A DNA stretch of 64,000 bases from Schmidtea nova (taxonomy: Eukaryota). The notes under the pieces were generated by a model. It made no database searches. It had not been told where the DNA came from and worked only from the letters and a program-made list of their open reading frames with translations. Shown here piece after piece: positions 15,501 through 27,974 of this stretch (positions within the stretch are counted from its first letter, which is position 1; each line of letters opens with the position of its first letter). Location: contig CM097883.1 of assembly GCA_044892505.1 (NCBI GenBank), positions 228,966,001-229,030,000 on the forward strand, written 5' to 3'. The translations under genes and the position numbers were made by a program.

Positions 15501-18500
15501 GAGTATTTTCTCAAAGAATCAGAAGCTATAATAGAGGCCTTTCAGAAATTGTTTTTCGCAGGATCAACTGAAAATTTATTATCATTAATTAATCAACTTG
15601 AATTTCTACCAGTGTGTTGGTTAACAAAATGGCTGACCAACGGGAGCAAAGGGTCAACTATTTCAAATTCTGATGACAAGCAATCTGATGATCTTGAGGA
15701 ATGGAAACCATTATTATGCCGCCACGAAATGTTGGGGCCCGATATTCCACTTAGTCAATTGAAAATTGTGAATTCTCTTGGTGTTGATTTCCTAATTGAA
15801 AACCACTTCATTTCCGATACTTACAAGCGAAAACGGATATCAAATTTCTGCACTCAGTGTTGGCGTTTGAAGTTTGAGATAAAGAAATTCGAGAATTTCA
15901 GCAGAAATGATTTCACTATTGACAATTTCGTGAGAAAACCTATCCTAGATAATGTGGAAAATCAGGTATGTTAATGCTTTTTGGGAAGGAAAAGAAAATG
16001 CCAAAATTACTTTTTCGATTTATTAAAATATTCTCAATAACATTTTCAGTTCACTTTACCTTTACAAACACATTAAATTTGCAGGGTTGAAAACTCATGT
16101 TAAACATTAAAAAAATATTAATTGACAGTTTAAAAACGAAAGGATATAGACAGTTTTAAATAAATCAACGGTCATATCTCTGTATATTTCCAGTCATGTT
16201 GATATATACCTACATTTGATCCAAAGGCTCACGCTTACCTTTTTTAACAAGAACTAGAAATGTTACTCCTCAGTGGTTACCGAAACCCTTATAAGAAATA
16301 CGTACATTAAATTTAACGATTTCAATATCTTATTGAATTAATGAATTGTTACTTCTCATAAATGCACAGTGCATATGAATATTGAATTTATGAATTGGTA
16401 CTTCTCATAAGTGCATATGAATATTGAATTTATGAATTGGTACTTCTCATAAGGGCACATTGCATATGAATATTGAATTAATGAATTGGTACTTCTAATG
16501 AGTGTACAGTGCATATGAATATTGAATTTATGAATTGTTACTTCTCATAATTGCACAGTGCAAATGAATATTGAATTTATGAATTGGTACTTCTCATAAT
16601 TGCACAGTGCAAATGAATATTGAATTTATGAATTGGTACTTCTCATAATTGCACAGTGCAAATGAATATTGAATTTATGAATTGGTACTTCTCATAATTG
16701 CACAGTGCAAATAAATATTGAATTTATGAATTGTTACTTCTCATGAGTGCATATGAATATTGAATTTATGAATTGTTACTTTTTATAAATGCACAGTGCA
16801 TATGAATATTGAATTTATGAATTGGTACTTCTCATAATTGCACAGTGCAAATGAATATTGAATTTATGAATTGGTACTTCTCATAATTGCACAGTGCAAA
16901 TAAATATTGAATTTATGAATTGTTACTTCTCATGAGTGCACAGTGCATATGAATATTGAATTTATGAATTGTTACTTCTCATGAGTGCATATGAATATTG
17001 AATTTATGAATTGGTACTTCTCATAATTGCACAGTGCATATGAATATTGAATTTATGAATTGTTACTTCTCATGAGAATATATGAATATTGAATTTATGA
17101 ATTGTTACTTTTTATAAATGCACAGTGCATATGAATATTGAATTTATGAATTGTTACTTCTCATAATTGCACAGTGCATATGAATATTGAATTTATGAAT
17201 TGGTACTTCTCATAATTGCACAGTGCAAATGAATATTGAATTTATGAATTGGTACTTCTCATAATTGCACAGTGCAAATAAATATTGAATTTATGAATTG
17301 TTACTTCTCATAAATGCACAGTGCATATGAATATTGAATTAATGAATTGTTACTTCTCATAAATGCACAGTGCATATGAATATTGAATTAATGAATTGTT
17401 ACTTCTCATAAATGCACAGTGCATATGAATATTGAATTAATGAATTGTTACTTCTCATAAATGCACAGTGCATATGAATATTGAATTAATGAATTGTTAC
17501 TTCTCATAAGTGCACAGTGCATATGAATATTGAATTAATGAATTGTTACTTCTCATAAGTGCATATGAATATTGAATTTATGAATTGGTACTTCTTACAA
17601 ATGCACAGTGCAAATGAATATTGAATTAATGAATTGTTACTTCTCATAAGTGCACAGTGCATATGAATATTGAATTTATGAATTGTTACTTTTTATAAAT
17701 GCACAGTGCAAATGAATATTGAATTAATGAATTGTTACTTCTCATAAGTGCACAGTGCATATGAATATTGAATTTATGAATTGTTACTTTTTATAAATGC
17801 ACAGTGCAAATGAATATTGAATTTATGAATTGTTACTTCTCATAAATGCACAGTGCATATGAATATTGAATTAATGAATTGTTACTTCTCATAAGTGCAC
17901 AGTGCATATGAATATTGAATTAATGAATTGTTACTTCTCATGTGCATATGAATATTGAATTTATGAATTGGTACTTCTTACAAATGCACAGTGCATATGA
18001 ATATTGAATTTATGAATTGTTACTTCTCATAAAAATGAGGGATAGATTCTACTTTAGAAATATTAATGAAATAAATATGTACTTATTTTCGATTTTAAAA
18101 ATTTCCATTCAAAGCATTCATTTTTGAACTATCAAGACTATGATTTGTAAGTGTTTCTATTTGGAAATTATGACTGAAAAAAATAAGCGTAAATGTGCAA
18201 TAATTCGAATACATTATCGAATCAATAAATGTTGAAATTTTATTTTTTATCATAAGAAGAAAATCTTGTTCTGATACGGATAAAATAAGGATAACTTTAG
18301 CGAAATAGGTGGTTAAAAAGATAATAATACAAAAATTGCTAATTATTTTTTGGATAACTCTGAATTTTCATGTAACGAAAACTAAAATTTAATTGCTAAA
18401 CAAATAATTTTTTCGTTTTTCGTTCCTTTTAACAATTTTTCAAAAATAATTTTTGATTAAATATCTATTTATAAATTTGAAAACCAACAATTTCGATGAC

Positions 18501-20854
18501 TAAATGATTTTAGTGAATGAATATAAGTGTTCATATAGTAATTGTATTAAATAATGAAAAATGGAGTATTTTATAATTCAATAATAAATCGTTACTATCA
18601 TTTTTAGTTATAAACGTGACATAAATCGGTTTTTTAACAAAAATTTTTATATCATGAATTATTTTTCTAACACAAGATATAGAAAAATATTACTTTCCTG
18701 AATTGATTAAATGGTTTTTAGAAATGCTACTGGGTAAGTAAATCTCATTTACGACAATGGAGGAAAGTAATAAGACATGCCATTGAAAACAAGTTCAATG
18801 ACTCAACAGACCTTCAGGATGAAACTAACAGTAGTAATGATAGTATCAAAGATTTGCCGAACATTCTTAATTCTGATTTGTTGTGCCCCCATGAAAATCT
18901 TTCTATCGATACATCTAAGAGGGTTTTATTGGGAGAAGATTTATGGTATAAAATACTTGGTTATTTCCCCAAAAATAATAATGAATTGGAAGATAAGCAG
19001 TATTTAGAGTTTCCTCTCACCGATAACAAATATGAAGGGTTAGTTACATTTTTCACCAATTATAAATATTGAAAATCTTACGATTAATACTTTTAAATCA
19101 TTCTATTTTAACTATTTTAGTTGTTATTTGAGGTAACTTTTGATGTGTTTTCTTTCTAACACCATTGGTGGAATGAATTTATGTAAATTTGATTGTAAAA
19201 AATATAAAAATCAATTTTAAAAATAATATAAAACACCAATTTTATTATTTACAGTCACTGTGAACCTTTAAAGCTTTACAACAATGCCTTATTATCAGCT
19301 ATCGAAAAGGGCAAATATAGAAATTGTAATAAAACTATTTTTTTTCTTTTCAGGGTTTTCAAAGACTGTTAAAAACCTTGGTTAAATAAATAAAAATATT
19401 GATCTGTTTAATGAGACGGTATAAATTGATGCCCAATTTATTTTAAAAATTATCTTTTAATTTCACCTTTAATCTCAATAATTTCTATAATAATATGACT
19501 GGAGATTTCTGGGTGTGTTGGTTATCAGCGTCAGTGTGCGCTGCGGTTGGGACTTCTCTCGCGTTTGTGTGATGTGTCTCGTTTTCGCGTCTGTGTGCCC
19601 AAGAATTTTGGAAATTGATTCGGGATTAAAATGTATAATTCTAAAATCTAGTGTTGTTTAATTAATCAGATTTTGAGTTTGTTTAGTCGAACTATTTTGA
19701 TGTTTTAAGTGGATTTTAGAATTGGAACTGGGTGGTATTTGAATTTGTATTGGAAATTGTTTGATTATGTAAATCGCGTATCAATGACAAACAATATTGT
19801 TAGGATGTGTAATGGTTCAACGGGAAACGAGTTATCAAATGAAACTGATATCGGAACGGATTATGACAATATGAAAAAAGCCACCGCAAGTTTCATTCGT
19901 AGATGCCATGGGAATTATTTCAATTCAAATGAATGTCTTCATTATCTTCATGATTTAAATACGACAGTCGGGTTAATGTTTTCACGCGTCTCTGGCGATA
20001 ACCCACTTGAAGATCGTTTCAAACTCTATCAAAATGGAAATTTCCGTAGATTAATGGCAAAAGAAAATCTGCTGCGATCGCTATTTTCTCACCATCAATT
20101 TATATCGTTCTCTATATACAGTTCTGGCATTAAGTGGTTCGCTCTCATTATTTGCATTATTTGCAACAATTTACATTGTTTGGATCGACACAAGTGACAC
20201 TGCTAATGATATGCGTTTCTTCGCATTTGATGATTGACAATTTATTCAATGGATTTTCAATGACAGTTTCTAGAAATTATGTAATGATATTATGACAAAT
20301 ATGGTTGGGTTTTTCGTCGGAATTAGTACGCTAATTATATTTTATTCATTGGGTTTTGTTTATATTTTCTCTCAAGCCTTGATCAACTGACCTGGATCAA
20401 ACAATGACTAGATCAAATTTTTTTGGATTTTAATTTTTTTTTATATATTGTCATATCCTTATGGAAATTATTGATATAACTTAAAAATTGCTAAAATAAT
20501 AATTTTCAAGAATATAGTGAAAAATGTGCAATTTGTAAACAAACATTCGATCCGGATTTATTATTTAAACTCGGAATAAGTTATCGGTTTGTTGGAAAAA
20601 AATCTATTAATATTTTGCAGGTTCAGAAAGTAATTTTAATAATTGTAATTCAGTGACTAAAAATCCTATTTTTGTCAATTGGTCTATTCCCTTACAAATT
20701 TTTGAAATATTTTTGCTCTTAAGAAAATTAACTATCATATCTTAACGTAATCGGAAGTAAAAATAATTTCATGTTAAATAACAATATTAATAAAATTCGA
20801 TAAACGATTAGAAAAACTTTATTATATGAAACAAACTGGTCAAAAGACTTTATT

Positions 20855-20913
<59 letters not shown>

Positions 20914-23900
20914 TGTCTGTCACAAGAACTCCTCCCAAATAATAGTCAGTACTGATATGGTACTTGCAAGTCATTCTGGCTTCCATTTCTAGGCCTTATG
21001 TGATAATTTTAAACTTTCAACATTCGCCAACATCAAAATAGTGCCATAATAAAACAGACGCAAATATTTGTATTTCCAGTGTCTGAGTTTGTAAGTTCAA
21101 TAAGATCAGGGTGAAGGCAGGCAGTATATCTATCTATATTATTTACTTAACACAAACTTTCTATTTATAGAAGCGTCGTATATAAGATGCCATATTCCAG
21201 TAAAGAGAATCATGTTTGGAATAAAGTAGAAATTGAGCGTAGTGTGTAAAGTTAATTATAATGAATAACAAATAAGTTTGTGTCTTTTTCTCGCTAAGTC
21301 GGTTAATGCGGCTAGTATAATAAAAATTACCTGGGAAAATATCGGACGTAGAGAGCAGAATTTTTAATTCTGTTTATAATTTACCTGGTAATGTTAATTA
21401 GTCGTATTATATATATATTTATTTATTTATATATTTATATATAAAATAAATAAAAGTTTAATATAATGAAATATTTTTATTCTATTACCTTACTATTAAA
21501 TTTCAAGGTCACAATAATAGTACAAATAACCTCATTTAAAATTAATATAAATTTACAAAATGGTTTTTGTTATTAATAATTAATTTTATTTCATCATAAA
21601 TAATTCAAAAAAATTGACTTACAAAAATGATGAGGTTTTTTTTTAAATCAATTCTTTTAATATTTTAACATGTTTTTAAAATATTTTTCTTTATATTCTC
21701 TATAAAAACTGAAAATTACTTTAATTCTCTTAGATTTAAATTTTATACGATCGGGGAATCAGATGATATATTCCATTGGCTATCATATGTTAGTATACTA
21801 TAATATAGTTACTAAATAAATATTTATATTATCGGTAAAATATACATTAGCTATTTGGATTCCCGAACTAGTTAGATTTTAGATAGGGATAAAACAGTTT
21901 GATAACTTTGCATTAAGTTATAAAATATCAAGTTGAATCTATTGAAAACATTCAATCAGATTAATATTGAATTTTGCAAGAAAATGTCTTGTGAATAATT
22001 TATATCAATAAATATTTGGAACTATGGAGAATAAATAATATGTTTGTATAGTTTTTTATTATTTGATTTGTATCAAAAATATTATTTATTTAAAACAGTT
22101 TGGGAATATTTCCTAACATTTTTTAATTTTAATTCTTTTTTATTAAAAATCATAATTTATGGGAATCCTTTCATTAAATTTGTTGGGGTTGACTGAACAG
22201 GATTGAAATAAAATATTAAAAAGCACAAAAACTATGTGCAAATCGATAAAAATACGAAAATTGGAAAAATAATAATTGAAGTACAAACATTAATTAAAAA
22301 TTTATAAAATTCAAAAATAAAGATTCAACGGGGGAAACTGATATGGGAGGATGGCAAATGATGAGACGAATTCAATTATGGGTATATAAAATTGAAAAGG
22401 GACCCCCAGAAAGATAAATTAAGAAAATACAAATTAATTAAAAATAATTAATCGTCTAATGGGAAACTCGAGCCAATGGGAAACCCGAACTAATGGGAAA
22501 CCCGAGCGATGTGGGAAACACAGGGCATCAACAAAATCATTTAATTATCGAAATAGATTGAATGCCCCGGGAAGAGCCGAAAAACCATTAGCGGCGAAAC
22601 TTAATTAGGCGGCGGTCAAACAAATTTAATTATTTCATTTTCGAAAGATCCAATTAAGCCGACAGGATGACACCAAAAAGTATTATATAAACGGAGAGCA
22701 AATTGCCGATTACGCCAGTTGATCAAAGCTAATTTTTCGAGGCCAGTTGGTCGAAGCCAAATTCTCAAGCCAAAAAGTGGTCAAAGATTAATTTCAAGCA
22801 TAAAAAGAACCTGTCAAACAACTAGAAGCGATTTGGAGGAAGCGTGTAGAGAAAACCGAAGGAAGAAATTGAATTTAAATCTTCTTGCGTGCCAGAGAGG
22901 GAGATATCCCATTGGGTGTTCTACCCTCACGCGGGAGAGTACAGAGCATTAGGAACTTTCTGTGATAAAAGTGGTATTGTTCATGGGAAAAATAATATAA
23001 AGTTATTGTGTTGGGTTTCATTTATTTTCGTGATTGAAAGAGAACACAGGAGTCAGAAATTACCGACTTCACAATAATAACCCAACAAATTGGTATATTT
23101 ATGCAGTGCAATCTGCGTTATGTTTAACCCTCCAACTATTGGTTATTTTTACTTTTCTTTATTAATCGTTTCTCGATGCCCAAATGTCCAAGAAATAGTA
23201 TAAAATAATAAAATAATAGTATAAAATAATAGCCAAATAGTATAAAATAATTAAAACATGAATTATACGCTGCTTTGGATAGGATGGTTAATTACAATCA
23301 CTTTAAATTTTATTTTATATTATTTTTGATTTTTTAGATAATTTTAATCAATCTTTTTATGTCCTTTAGTTGCTCTGACTGTTCATCTTTATTGTCAGAA
23401 ATTTTAAAAAAATCCGAAATCGAAAAAATTAATTTATCTAAAATTTTTAATTCAAAGAAACGTTTCGAGTTTAATAATAATGAGAAAAAATTGATTTGTT
23501 TATCACCTTCAACTCAGTAAAGGCTTTTGTCTTCTAGTCCTGTTAATTGATTTTCTCTAGAGTAGATAATGAATTAACTGCAGAAGAAGTGTTTTTATAT
23601 TTCATTCCATCATCTTTTATAATAATGTGGAAACGATTTATAAAGAATCCATCAGTCGACACACTTATCACAGAAATCGATTATTCAGAAATATTTTGTC
23701 AGCATGGAAAGGTAATAATAATCGGTTTTAAGGAAATTGTTTATATTATTTATAAGAAATTTTATTAAACTTCATTTATGATTTTCTCAAATTGTTATAT
23801 TATGAATCATTATTATCTCTTATTTAAATCTTTGAACTATTCGTTTCTATTGCTGAAATTTTCATTTTTTAAAGACTACAAATCAATTTTTTTAAATGTA

Positions 23901-26889
23901 CACGAATTTTCGGAATATTCTTTTCAAAAAATTGGTCTGACGTCTTTGATAAATGGAAATTTCTGATTCATTATGAATGTTAATTCTAAAAATGTTTGCA
24001 TTAAATTAATTTTACTAAATTAAAAATAAGACGAGTTATCATTCAGAATTCTCTAATTCAAAATAAAAATTGTGAAAAAAGTGAAAAGATTCGTTTGAAT
24101 TCTTACTTCATTATTTTATCAATTTATATTATTCGGCATTGTCACTTATAAAAGTATTGGAAATATTTGTAGAGTGAATGTTTCACGCACCAAATAATTA
24201 GAATAGAGGTGTAGATTTCAGGATGTGTTTTGATGAACCGTGAAAAAAACCAAGAAATGAGCATTTTTTATTATGTATATTTACACATATCAATTACTTT
24301 GCGTTTTTTAATTAGAAAATCGGCTGTTACTAAATCAAGCAACAAATATGCAATGTTTCATTTGAATCTTTACATGTTTAGTGAGTAACCCGAAAAGACA
24401 GTCCTGATAACCGAAAGTTTTAGAACCCTTTTCTTGAATCAATAAAGATTCATCGTAGATCAATCTAGAATAAAAATTTTAAACATTTATATCATTATCA
24501 TAATTATCTTTTTTCACCTTTGATCTTTTTTTTATTAATAATATCAACAATTCCCATAATGATTACTATAGATCAAAATTTCTTTAAATAAGTACACAAT
24601 ATTTCGGCACAGCCTTTATCAAGTGTGTATTTCACTTGATAAAGGCTGTGCCGAAATATTGTGTACTTATTTAAAGAAATTTTGATATATAGTCATCCAT
24701 TATGGGAATTGTTGATATTAATAATTTATATCATTGACTATATAACTGTATCAATTTAAAAATGTGTGGTTGGCGACATATTTCAGTAAAATACTGATTT
24801 AAAAACAATTCCATATTTTACTATTTACCTTTATGTACATAATAGTCATTTAAATGTTTCCAGTTGTCATTTGATGGTTGATTTCCGTAGCACATTAATA
24901 ATTACAGAATAATTGATTTGTCAACTTGAAGCAAATTTGATTTGTAATTTGATTGCTCTAAATTTAAAGCCGCCATTCGGAACTTGAAGAAAATTAATTT
25001 TAAACAATCCATTTGTTTATGTCAATTGCATATATTTATTTTGTTTGGTATTGTTTCTAACTTGCAGTTAGTTAAAGATAATACTCATTCTATAATTGCT
25101 ATAATTTTATTACGTTTCTGTACTCTATATGCCGTGAGAAATTTAGAAAATATTTTAACCCTTAAATGTATGATTTTTCCAAATTACACATCTGCACCCA
25201 ACGATTTTTTTTATTAAAATGTCAATTTCATGAGTACAGAAACATCTACTTGAATAATATAAAAACACAATGGCTCGGTGTATTGTTACACTCACGCAAC
25301 ACTATGCATCGGAGTTCATTTATTGAATGAATACTGAGTTATAAGCGCTTAAATTAATTGTTTCAGGTATGTAACAGAATGCATTTAAGGGTTAAGGGAT
25401 TTTTTAACGACAACTTTTGTTTGATATTGTTTTTGAATGATTTCAAAGCGAGAGAGATTTCTTTGAATTTACGACGAAATGCGAGCTTGTTTTATCGACT
25501 TTGGAACTTCGCTACAATTTGATTTGCGCTTGAAAGCAAGTATAGCCTTATTATTAAAACAATTAAATATACAACTTTTATACCATAAAATTGTTCAGTT
25601 TTTCCAGTGTGTTTCAAAAATTCGAAGATTCATTTAATGTATGCAAGCCAAAAAAGGTTGAAAATCACTGCTCTATATGAAATCAAGTTGATATTAGTTA
25701 CATGGTTTCTTATTTAGTATTTTTAATTAACCCCTAAAATTTTGAAATTATTATTTTATTGAAATTACTATTTCCTAGAATCCATAAAAAAGAAATTTTC
25801 AGTTTTTCAGTATTATTAATTAACCTTTTTATGATTTCCTCTATAATAACACAAATAAGCCATTTATTTTTTAGTAGAACTATTAAATGAAAATTGCTAA
25901 AGAGAAATTCCATTCTAATTCTGACTGTTGGCATTGTGTGTATCATTTACTCGACCTTATACTAAGTATTACTCGTATAAAAATAGCCGTCGCACGACGA
26001 AAGCCGAAATAAAGTGTTTAAACTTCAGTTTTAACAAACTTCCATGAAAGTTTGGTCTCGTTTTAAATATTGATTCAAGCACATTATTAAGCACATTATT
26101 CAAACAATTTATTTGTATATTTTCAAAGTTGGTACCAACTTCAGTCATAGTAATAACTGATTATTTTAAACTTTTCTTCACCAATTGAATTTATTTCGAT
26201 TATAATACCATTTATGTTATAATCGATAAGATTCTTAAATATCTCGCAGTTTTATAAATGTTATTATCTTGATTATTCAGAATTATTGTATTATTAATAA
26301 AATATTTGATCTTTGTCACTATTGATCTTTCTTCATTTCTAACACTTGAAAAAGATTGCCGAATATTTGTGTTACTTATAAAACAAAATATAAGTCGACA
26401 ATGTAAGATAAAATATGAAGATAATGGAAATAGTATAATGGTAGTAAATCAGAAAATATTTCGCATCATTATTACTCATTAAATAATTTGACTGAGACTA
26501 CAATATTCAATCTCTTCTTGAAATGTAATTATGTCGATTCTATGACCATTTAATGAAGTTTCCTGTTTTCCTTCTAAGAACTAATAATTGGTGAACTATG
26601 CATTACATGATATTTGATATACTAAATAATTTACTTAAACTTTTCACTTCACGACTATAGTGACAAATGATTTATGAACCAAATATAGAAAATTTAATCT
26701 GAAACTATTTATAATATTGTGAGATTAAAATAATATAATTTTTTGGAATTCTTATTCTAATTTATGACACTAACTAAATATGATAATTAGTATAATAGCT
26801 TGGACACTTAGTTTCAATTTGTGAAGTTAATGTGCTGAATTGATATAAACTAATGAAATACACTAAAAACAAAAGTTGAAATTATAAAT

Positions 26890-26964
<75 letters not shown>

Positions 26965-27974
26965 TTACGTATATAAAAGTCTATTTTTGGCGATATAAGA
27001 CTCCACTTAAGTGTATATTACATTTATTGTTTCGATAATTTTTATTATTTTGAGTATGAGTGGGAGGTAGGAACGACTTCTCTTGTATTGAAATTATATT
27101 GTAGAAAATGATTTTTAACACCTGGTTGTCAACAGTTTCCTGTTTAAGTAATTAAAAATAATTAAAATATACTGAAAATTTCTGTAGTATTAGTATAAAT
27201 GTTTTAATTCCAGTTTCTCTCTAAAGATTGGTATCATTTCATTGAAGATGATTCAATCTTTCTCGTTTGGCGATTAGAATGGGATATAATAACTAGTTAT
27301 TATCCAGATATTGAGTTTGAAAACATTTCCATAAAATCTGACTGCAATTTATCTGCATTTCCCACATTAGTATCTTCAATAACTGTTTGCAGTTCATGTT
27401 TCAAGAGTTGGAGCGCTCTTCAGACAAAATTTGAAAATAGTATTATTTATATTCGATTGATTTCGAATAAAGATGATCCTATTGAAGACGTATTTATTTA
27501 TTATTATTATTGTTCCAGCAGTTTTGGCTTTTGTTTTCAGGGTCCTTCAAAAAAGAAATTTAAAGTAAACCATCAAATTAATACAAAAATCAATTTTAAA
27601 GAGTAATTTCGTTGATTACATACTTTTTTCTCACTTTGTTGCAGAATCGATCCAAATACGGTTCGGCGTTCTGCTCGATCCAAAAGACACCGAAATGACA
27701 CTATACTGAAAATTAATTCAGATGATAGAATAAAAGATATTAAATTACAATTAATGAATATATATAGTGTCAGTCCCATGGATCAGCATTTGATATTTAA
27801 TGTTATATTTTGTGTTGAAGTATATTTTAATTACGTAATAATCCACTTTAGGAGTCGGAACTCGTTGATTCAAATTTAACCATTTCTAATGTTGGCATTA
27901 AACCTGCAAGTATTTTGTATTTAATTCTCGATACAGAACTAATCAAAAATACAGAACCTTTTAATGATAGTTAG
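1533..27974 (+). CDS. USP48: Multi-exon USP48-like ubiquitin carboxyl-terminal hydrolase (gene span, about 20 exons)
   Basis: GT-AG exons give, in order: MRLLP|KPKRKSKW..PCQMNSCK|KNCSDNLYCINKLGETKWL; Cys box GLKNYGNTCYFNSLLQVYF; QQ|DAPEF; His box VLIHIGLQPTSGHY; SNAYMVFYER; three DUSP-like segments (WLTKWL..LLCRH, YWVSKSHLRQW..LLCPH, MWKRFIKNP..IFCQHG); C-terminal Ubl. This is the USP48 architecture. The exact stop is uncertain because a further 3' exon is possible. Confidence 0.85.
2142..2256 (+). CDS. USP48: USP48-like exon with catalytic Cys box
   Basis: ag|NFAAGLKNYGNTCYFNSLLQVYFNIVELKEAIFRFPVE|gt. Confidence 0.9.
2850..3099. mobile_element. piggyBac-type MITE (250 bp)
   Basis: TTAA|CCCTTTCACTG ... 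CAGTGAAAGGG|TTAA: terminal inverted repeats with TTAA target duplication. Confidence 0.85.
3307..4194 (+). mobile_element. Internally deleted Tc1-like DNA transposon
   Basis: About 60-bp TIRs (cccggcctaccaaaagtctccagtcaggcagttat...) flanked by TA. Broken transposase keeps the N-terminal HTH (RELTDSQKGIIYG..RSRRPKLLS), TIRRELHFHGFYGKYYARKPLI and the C-terminus ELKTHLHDEWSHI. The DDE core is missing. Confidence 0.9.
5403..5508. repeat. Fold-back palindrome made of two inverted pLTR ends
   Basis: ataaacaataacacaatatttcggctcagcctttatcaagtg / cacttgataaaggatgtgccgaaatattgtgttattgtttat. Confidence 0.9.
5924..5965 (-). ncRNA. Minimal type I hammerhead ribozyme (U3-A8 variant) in the Penelope pLTR
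   Basis: Minus strand reads aatacacac-TTGATAA-a-ggc tgt gcc-GAA-ATAT-T-gtgttatt: stem I acac/gtgt plus aata/tatt, stem II ggc/gcc, palindromic stem III ATAT. Confidence 0.7.
6055..6471 (-). pseudogene. Penelope GIY-YIG endonuclease domain fragment
   Basis: VYKLSC..C..TYIGET.R....RLNEH motif; no RT in frame upstream. Confidence 0.88.
6517..6685. repeat. (ATT)n microsatellite
   Basis: Direct inspection. Confidence 0.95.
9467..9716. mobile_element. hAT-type MITE (250 bp)
   Basis: TIR CAGCGGTCGGGGAAC / GTTCCCCGACCGCTG; 8-bp TSD gtctagat / gtctagaa. Confidence 0.88.
10148..10509 (+). CDS. USP48: USP48-like exons with His box and SNAYM motif (10148-10275, 10326-~10509)
   Basis: EYIIKAVLIHIGLQPTSGHYQTLIHTSNQDWILYDDLN | VQK...SSNAYMVFYERE. 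Confidence 0.85.
10587..11300 (-). mobile_element. Degraded mariner element, 3' TIR retained, 5' boundary approximate
   Basis: TA|ttaagctggtgcaaaattaatgcaggttttt mariner-type end; minus-strand remnants TIARHLKQI, VPYEL, FLKRIPMCDEIWIVYDNRRR with stops. Confidence 0.8.
12275..12363. repeat. Local tandem duplication of a 46-bp unit
   Basis: taccgtaaaagtttccaaaaacacaagattgaaaaagatgtaa occurs twice. Confidence 0.9.
14121..14920. mobile_element. pogo/Tigger-type non-autonomous element (800 bp)
   Basis: TA|CAGTGGAACCTAGGTATACG ... CGTATACCGAGGTTACACTG|TA. Confidence 0.85.
15011..15210. repeat. pLTR fold-back palindrome with a + strand hammerhead core at 15136-15179
   Basis: atgactatagatcaaaa...cggcacagcctttgtcaata / cacacttgataaaggctgtgccgaaatattgtgttattg...gatctatagtcat, followed by an N gap. 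Confidence 0.9.
15489..15965 (+). CDS. USP48: USP48-like DUSP exon
   Basis: EFLPVCWLTKWL...PLLCRHEML...FCTQCW, bounded by cag| and |gtatg. Confidence 0.8.
16331..18032. repeat. Minisatellite, 49-bp unit with 42-bp variants, roughly 35 copies
   Basis: Unit tattgaatt(t/a)atgaattg(t/g)tacttctcataa(a/t)tgcacagtgca(t/a)atgaa repeated head to tail, no unique spacers. Confidence 0.97.
18722..19038 (+). CDS. USP48: USP48-like DUSP exon
   Basis: CYWVSKSHLRQWRK...LNSDLLCPHENLSIDTSKRVLLGEDLWYKILGYFP. Confidence 0.8.
19709..20197 (+). other. Orphan intronless ORF (162 aa as tracked) inside a USP48 intron
   Basis: Open frame preceded by a GC-richer leader (19500-19610); no family recognised. Confidence 0.3.
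20858..20912. repeat. (TA)n microsatellite
   Basis: Direct inspection. Confidence 0.97.
22181..23087 (+). mobile_element. Solo LTR of a Gypsy-type element (907 bp)
   Basis: aatt|TGTTGGG ... CCCAACA|aatt with a 4-bp TSD, internal TATATAAA at ~22685, repeated atgggaaacccga motifs. Confidence 0.88.
24494..24724. repeat. pLTR fold-back palindrome with hammerhead cores on both strands
   Basis: About 90-bp arms centred at ~24629: ...atttcggcacagcctttatcaagtg tgtattt cacttgataaaggctgtgccgaaatattgtgtac... Confidence 0.9.
25159..25391. mobile_element. piggyBac-type MITE (233 bp)
   Basis: TTAA|CCCTTAAATGTAT ... ATGCATTTAAGGG|TTAA. Confidence 0.82.
26893..26962. repeat. (TA)n microsatellite
   Basis: Direct inspection. 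Confidence 0.97.
27645..27974 (+). CDS. USP48: USP48-like C-terminal ubiquitin-like domain exons (27645-27801, ~27853-27974)
   Basis: VRRSARSKRHRNDTILKINSDDRIKDIKLQLMNIYSVSPMDQHLIFN | ESELVDSNLTISNVGIKPASILYLILD. Confidence 0.8.

Noticed and set aside
16331-18032. CRISPR-like array
   Set aside because: Units are contiguous with no unique spacers, there are no cas genes and the context is a eukaryotic intron; this is a minisatellite.
20913-21310. Small TA-flanked MITE and a Helitron-like CTAGT 3' end
   Set aside because: Terminal repeats and hairpin are too degenerate to support a call.
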